From: the human T2T-CHM13v2.0 reference genome, Homo sapiens
Length of the DNA: 64,000 nt
Strand: one strand, 5' to 3'
Assembly: GCF_009914755.1 (NCBI RefSeq)
Contig: NC_060929.1
The notes beneath the pieces were generated by a model that was not told the origin of the DNA, searched no databases, and was given only the letters and a program-made list of their open reading frames with translations. Positions 56,961 to 64,000 of this stretch are shown here, piece by piece. A program made the position numbers and the translations under genes. Every line of letters begins with the position of its first letter. The first letter of the stretch is position 1.

Positions 56961-57200
56961 TCTTAAAAATATGAAACTAAAGTCTCCAATGAGCTCAGTG
57001 TGGTAGGGAATTGGTCCCAGGCGGGCAGGAGCAGCGGCGAGAGAACGGCGATTAAATTCACATTCCCAGTGCGGGCAGGACTGTCCCAAAGCAAGAACAG
57101 AGCTTTCTGCAAATGATCCGGTCAGACCTGTCTCACTTCTGAAAACAACCTCATTGGGATTTCTAATAAACTGGACTGATTCACTAAATAATTGGACTAG

Positions 57201-57505
<305 letters not shown>

Positions 57506-57559
57506 AAAGCTCTTTCTCTTAACTTACATTGTCAGGAAACTGGTAACATAGATTGAATG

Positions 57560-57897
57560 ACCCGCCCCAGTTTTTCACCCACACTCACACCCTCGCCATA
57601 GCCTCCCTTTCCCACCCCTTGACTTTGGGCTTGGCCAAAGGGATGCCAGCAGGCATGACACAGCAAAACTGGAAATGTGTTTGTGGGGTTAGATGTGCCG
57701 TCTCTCAGGGCCCTGCCATCAGCCAGAGACGAACCTGCCCCTGCTGGTCCCAGGAAGAGGATGAGAGGCATGTGGAGCAGAGCTGCCCAGCCAACCCACA
57801 AACTCATGAGTAAGAAATAAATGATTATTACTGTTTGCCACTGAGATGTGGGGATGGTTTGTTACACAGCATAAGTGTGACAATAGCTAACTGATAC
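57560..57897 (+). mobile_element. MLT1 (I/J/K-like) LTR
   Basis: GAAATAAATGATTATT...GCCACTGAGAT...GTTTGTTACACAGCA...CAATAGCTAACTGATAC. Confidence 0.8.
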
Positions 57898-57990
57898 TCA
57901 GAGGGCAAGTGCCACTGCAGCAAACTTGAGGAGGAATTCCTGAGCCTTTATATTAAAGTGGCTGCTCTCACTAGAGACACGATTGGACTC

Positions 57991-58480
<490 letters not shown>

Positions 58481-58702
58481 TCCAGAAAAACTACTTTTCT
58501 GGAATGCAAATCAGAATAGTGGCTGCTTGGGGATTAGGGGACAAGGGAAGTTGAGTAGACTGTAAAGGGATTGGGGGGAATTTTCTACAATGGTGGCAAT
58601 GTTTTCTGCCTTGACTGGGGTGTTGGCTACAGATAGATATTTGTAAAAAGCCATTGAATTATATATTTAAGATCTGTGTGTTTTACTAAACTATTCCTCA
58701 AT

Positions 58703-58770
58703 TTTTCAATTAGCAATAATCACGCCTCGGATAAACCTCATTGGCTATGATACTGCCACTGCACAAAGCT
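58703..58770 (-). pseudogene. RNU4: U4 snRNA retropseudogene, 5' 68 nt only (tailless)
   Basis: Minus strand AGCTTTGTGCAGTGGCAGTATCATAGCCAATGAGGTTTATCCGAGGCGTGATTATTGCTAATTGAAAA matches U4 nt 1-68 with three CpG-type changes; TSD ATTCCTCAATTTTT at 58693-58706 and 58771-58784. Confidence 0.95.
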
Positions 58771-59034
58771 ATTCCTCAATTTTTAAAAACATGTCTGTAT
58801 GGAGTGGATACCCAGACCAGGGTGAGGCTGAGGTGCAAACAGGCCTACCTGAGGTGCCGGGCAGCCTTCCAAGACTCCAAGACTAGGTGGGCTCTGGGCA
58901 GACAAAGCCTCCCTCTCACAAAAGGTCTGGGAACCCTTTTCAGGGGGCTCAGAGTCCGGCCACATCTCTAGGTTTTCTGACGTCCTAGACACACCATGAG
59001 AAAGAACTTTGACTGGGCTCTCAATCTGGTTGGT

Positions 59035-60020
59035 GACCTAGGATATGGGGCTCATACCCAGGACCAAGAACCCAGGGCTTCTATCCAGAGCCTAGGACTT
59101 GGGGCTTATACCCACGGCCTAAAACCTGGGGCATATACCCAGGGCCTAGGACACAGGTTTATGCCCAGGGCCTAGGACACAAGGCTAATACCTAGAAAGA
59201 ACACAGAACTTACACCCAGGGCCTGGAACTCGGGGCTTATAACCAGGGCCTAGGACATGGGGCTTATACCCAGAGACTAGGACACAAGGCTTATAACCAG
59301 AAAGGACACAGAACTTATATTCAGGGCCTAGAACCCGGGGCTTATACCCAGGGATTAGGACATGGGGCTTATACCCAGAGCCTAGGACACAAGGCTTATA
59401 CCCAGAAAGGACGTGGGGCTTATACTCAGAGCCTAGGACACAAGGTTTATACCCAGAGCCTAGGACATGGGGCTTATACTCAAAGCCTAGGACATGGGGC
59501 TTATACCCAGAGCCTAGGAAACACAAGGCTTATATGCAGAAAGGACACAGGGCTTATACCCGGAGCCTAGGACATGGGGTTTAACCCAAGGTCTAGGACA
59601 CAAGATTTATACCCAGAGCCTAGGACAAGGGGCTGAGAACCAGAGAATAGGACACAAGGCTTATACCCAGAACCTAGGACAGAAGGTTTATACCCAGAGC
59701 CTAGGACACAAGGCTTGTATCCAGAGCCTAGGACCCGGGGCTTCTACCCAGAGCCTAGGACCCAGGCCTTACACCTAGAGCCTAGGAGGCGGGGCTTACA
59801 CCCAGAGCCTAGAACCCGGGGCTTATACCCAGAGTCTAGGACCCTAGGCTTATACCCAGGGCCTAGGAAGCAAGGCTTATACCCAGAGCCTAGGACACAA
59901 GGTTTATATGCAGAACCTAGGACCCGGGGCTTATACCCAGAACCTAGGACACAAGGCTTATACCCAGAGGCTAGGACGCGGGGCTCATATTCAGAGCGTA
60001 GGACACAGAGCCTGTATTCA
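59035..60020. repeat. 27-bp minisatellite, ~36 degenerate units
   Basis: Consensus GGCTTATACCCAGAGCCTAGGACACAA with 24-bp variants (...CAGAAAGGACACA). Confidence 0.95.
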
Positions 60021-60239
60021 GAACACACTAACCTGGAAACAGATGCTCTGAAACACAACTAGGAGAAAACCTGGCAAATGTCAGTCGTGATTGTCTCTTG
60101 TCCCCATGCAATAGGATTACAAGTGTTTTCCTTTTCTTTGTTCTTGTTGGTTCCTTATAAATTTAAAATAAATGATTAACCTCAAAAGTATTTGTGGACA
60201 TGTGATTACATATAGAAGAGTGATTGTTAAATATTCTTT

Positions 60240-60772
60240 CTCAGGATAGCTTTATACTCTGAAAATCTCCTGTGGACCCTAAGGAACTTTACGTGAATTG
60301 CATCTATCAATTTTACTGTAATACAGATTAAATTTGAGGAGGTTTTGAAATATTTACTTATTTTAAAATAGTAATGATTCCACAGTGTCTACATATTTCA
60401 AAACATCATGTTGTACACGTTAAATAATTTCATTTTCAATTAAAAATAAGCTTTAAAAAGAATCCAAATTGCTCAATTTTTTAAATTAAAAACAACAAAC
60501 CCATTGTTGTATGTTAACAATAAATAATTTTGTATGGAAAGCAACAATATCTTCTGCAAAATTAGTGAGTTGCATTGCCGCTGGCAAATCTCTAGGTAGA
60601 TGTCTGAGCTGATTCTCAGATCTGCTTTTGCCTTCAATCTGTTACAATGTCACACATCACAGCATCTCTGGAAAATTCCACTGTATACTCATGGGAGAAT
60701 AAGAATGAAAAAAGGCAAATCACATCTTACCATTATTATGAAAATAGTTTTGGCTACACTTTGAGAACTACT
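60240..60772. mobile_element. Charlie1-family hAT non-autonomous remnant
   Basis: GATTCTCAGATCTGCTTTTGCCTTCAATCTGTT...AAAAGGCAAAT...ATTATTATGAAAATAGTTTTG...TTTGAGAAC; similar to the segments at ~10700 and ~13500. Confidence 0.6.
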
Positions 60773-60902
60773 AATATAGAGTATAATCACAACTGTATAA
60801 AAATAGGCAAATAAAATTTCTGAGTAAAAGTGTCATGGTGCCACCTCGTGTCATCTTTAATTATTGCAATGCCTGCTTACCGAACTTGTCTGTGCACACG
60901 TA

Positions 60903-61290
<388 letters not shown>

Positions 61291-61292
61291 TA

Positions 61293-61805
61293 GTATATGG
61301 GGTGTGTGTGCATAATATGGTTTGTGCATGCAGGCTGCGGACATGTGTGGAAGTATGTGTATCAGTGGTGTGTGTGCAAGTATGTGTGAATATGGTGTGT
61401 GCATGTAGTGTGGTGTAAATGTGTGTGCACGCAGTGTCTACATATGGCTTGTATGTGCCTGTATTGCGTGTGGTGTGGATGTGCATGCATGCAGTATGTG
61501 GCATATGTGTGTGTTCCTGTGGGCCATGTGTGCATGTGATGTGTACCTATGATGTGTATGTGTACACATGATGCACGTGTGTTTGTTGGTGATGCGGGTC
61601 ATATATGTGCATGTGGTACATGTGTATCATGTGAATGTGGGGCCTTGTGTAGTGTGGTAGGTGGTATACGTGTGTATGTGTTACAGTCTGTGTTGTGTGT
61701 GCGTGCAGTGTGTGTTGCTGCGGTGCGTGTGCGTGTGCCTGTGCCTGTGTTATGTGTGGCATGTGTTGTAGGTCTGTTTGTGTGTGGGGGAGGTGGTGTG
61801 TGTTT
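61293..61805. repeat. Degenerate (TG)n/(TGCA)n low-complexity tract
   Basis: ~500 bp rich in alternating purine-pyrimidine sequence. Confidence 0.9.
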
Positions 61806-62248
61806 AGGACTCACACATGGAAGAATGGAAGTAATATTTCACCCCCATCTGCATGCATGCCTGCTCTGTGCTTCCCTTAACATTCAGAAAACATATTTTA
61901 AGCTGCCCAGAAAGTATCAGGCAGGCCTGAGTCCCAAGAGACTTCCATTCATTCCTCTCCGACTTCATCCTGTCAGCCTCCTGAGCTAGGCATTGCCTCC
62001 TTTTCACAGACTGAGAGGCACAGTTGCTTGCTTCAACTAACAAGTAGTGGATCCAGGATTCAGACGTGGGTCTTCTGACCAAGGAGGAATTCAATCATCT
62101 TGTACTAATGTTATAAAAATTAGCAATAAATGTGAATGTAACATAACATGAATGTTATAAAAATCGTTTATATGGTAGGATCAAAAATGTGTAAAAAGGC
62201 AAACAGACTTCTGAATAAAAATAATAGGACAGCATCAGCGGGGCACCA

Positions 62249-62432
62249 TCTCCGCTCCCTGACTGTTTCCATCTTGTGTTTGTGTGCATTCAGACCACGC
62301 ACAGTTAGGAAGGCATTCACTAGTAATCAGCAGGACACCCTCTCCACTCCCTGACTGTTTCCATCGTGTGTTCGTGTGCATTCAGGCCATGTACACAGTT
62401 AGGAAGGCATTCACTAGTAATCACTGGGCACT
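62249..62432 (+). repeat. 92-bp tandem duplication
   Basis: TCTCC(G/A)CTCCCTGACTGTTTCCATC...CACAGTTAGGAAGGCATTCACTAGTAATCA at 62249 and 62341. Confidence 0.92.
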
Positions 62433-63714
62433 GACTTTATGCCAAGTGCTGTGCAAGGTGCTTTCACATTCAAGTATAAAGGCGGCAAACACAAATTATC
62501 CGGCTCAAACATCACATGTGCAAAATGTAACTCATTATTTTTCATAACACAGTTTTAATTTCTGATTCCAATTTCTGAAAATGTAATCCAGTCCCTCTCA
62601 GAAAATTTCAGCCCCCAGCCCCATGTACGGTCACTCAGATCCTGCAGGTGGATTTAGACCAACCTGTCCTTCTCTCCCTTTCCTCAGAGTGGTGCCCTGG
62701 CATCAGGGAGAACGATGACTGGCCCCTGGCTCCCTAGCATCTGCCTGAGTAGCACATGATGGGCTGGCATCTGTGCCCACCAGCATCCACGGAAGTCCTC
62801 CGCAGGGATGGACTGTGCTTGGAGCCTGGGGCCCGGAGTCTGGGAAGGAGGAGGAGGAGGATGCTGATTCCAGAAAGACTTTGCCAAGCTCGCCTCCATC
62901 CTGGTCCCTTCCTCTCCCGCCAGCTAGGAGGGGGAAGCACTCGAGGTGCATGCTTTTGTGGCAGCTACACGTGCCCCTGGGGTTTATCAGTCCTCGCTCA
63001 AGAAACCCAGGGACACGTAGCTGCTCTCCCTCCCACCCCCTCTCCTCTAGCTCCTGGGTGCTGGGACCCTGCAGCCAGCAGACTTTCCTTCTCAGATGGA
63101 CACTGCCTCACACGACCCAGCCTGGGGGCCCTCTCCTGGCCTGTGGACCTTATCTCCCAGCTCCCACCAACCTGCATTCTTCCCCACTCTTTTTTTATGT
63201 AGAAAAATGTTGAGACAGAGTCCTTCAGGATGTGTCTCTTGATGGCCAAAGCAAATCAAACACATCTTGATTTTCAAACTGGTATCTCCTCTGCTGTGAG
63301 CTCTTCAAATCCATTCGGAAACTCAGTTGGCTGCTGCTTCTTTCTGGCTGTGAGGTCTCATGGTCCACCTTTCCCTGGGCCAGGACAGAGCCTTGAAAAA
63401 GCCCACGGGGACCACAGTGAAAGTAAGAGCAGTAACTGACATGCAGGGAGATTGCTGGGGCTCAGTCCGACCCCAGGCACACCCGCAGAGCGCCCTGAGA
63501 AAAAGGCACGGGGCTTCTCCATAGGACAGCTCAGTGGCAAGGGCCTTGTTGGCCGACTCACCTGCCATTGCTTACCTGCCACTGCCTTCCCCGAGAGAGG
63601 GACTTGCCTCCTGCCTCATGCAGGCTGCCAAGAGCCTAGATCCTGACCAGCTCAGTCTGGAGGGGCCTCACCCCCAACAGAAGCAGGAAAAGCCAGGCCA
63701 CCGAGAATAGAGGC

Positions 63715-63882
63715 CGGGTCTCAACAGAATCCCCTGGGGAGCTGGAACATATGCAGTCCTGGGCTCCACCTCAGAGATTTGAGTCAGGAGGTCTGGGGCA
63801 GGGCCTAAGAATCTGCATTTCCAACAGGCACCCAGGGGATGCCAGAATGCCATGGGTCCAAGACTACACTGAGCAGCACTGA
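63715..63882. mobile_element. MER5A-like hAT MITE
   Basis: GGTCTGGGGCAGGGCCTAAGAATCTGCATTTCCAACAGG. Confidence 0.75.
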
Positions 63883-64000
63883 TGGGAAGGACATAGTAGC
63901 TTGAGCGGCAGGGACCCAAGCTAAGCATCAGAGCGGGGGGGGCCAGTGAAGAAACAAGACAGAATCAGAAAAAAAAAACTGTAATGAGAAGAACCCTTAA

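Overview
Primate (most likely human) genomic DNA: GC-rich, very Alu-dense (about 50 Alu elements or fragments, roughly a fifth of the window) and apparently intergenic or deep intronic. I could not identify the locus and found no credible protein-coding exon; nearly all long ORFs come from Alus, tandem repeats or GC-rich chance frames. Other content: old L1M, L2 and MIR fragments, MaLR LTRs (MST, MLT1), an MLT2 LTR, ERV1 solo LTRs (two LTR1-like, one MER61-like carrying a 28-bp VNTR), a fragmented Charlie1 hAT transposon with a readable transposase remnant, a MADE1 MITE split by an Alu, a tailless U4 snRNA retrocopy and several minisatellites. The most striking structure is a ~210-bp non-Alu segment (44088-44296) copied in inverted orientation into the middle of an AluJ 0.9 kb upstream (43000-43214). 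This makes a long inverted repeat with an 83-bp core carrying one G-U-compatible mismatch, directly downstream of a CpG-retaining, MLT1-associated promoter-like kilobase. Repeat subfamily names come from recalled consensus features and need RepeatMasker/Dfam confirmation; repeat boundaries are approximate unless a TSD is given.
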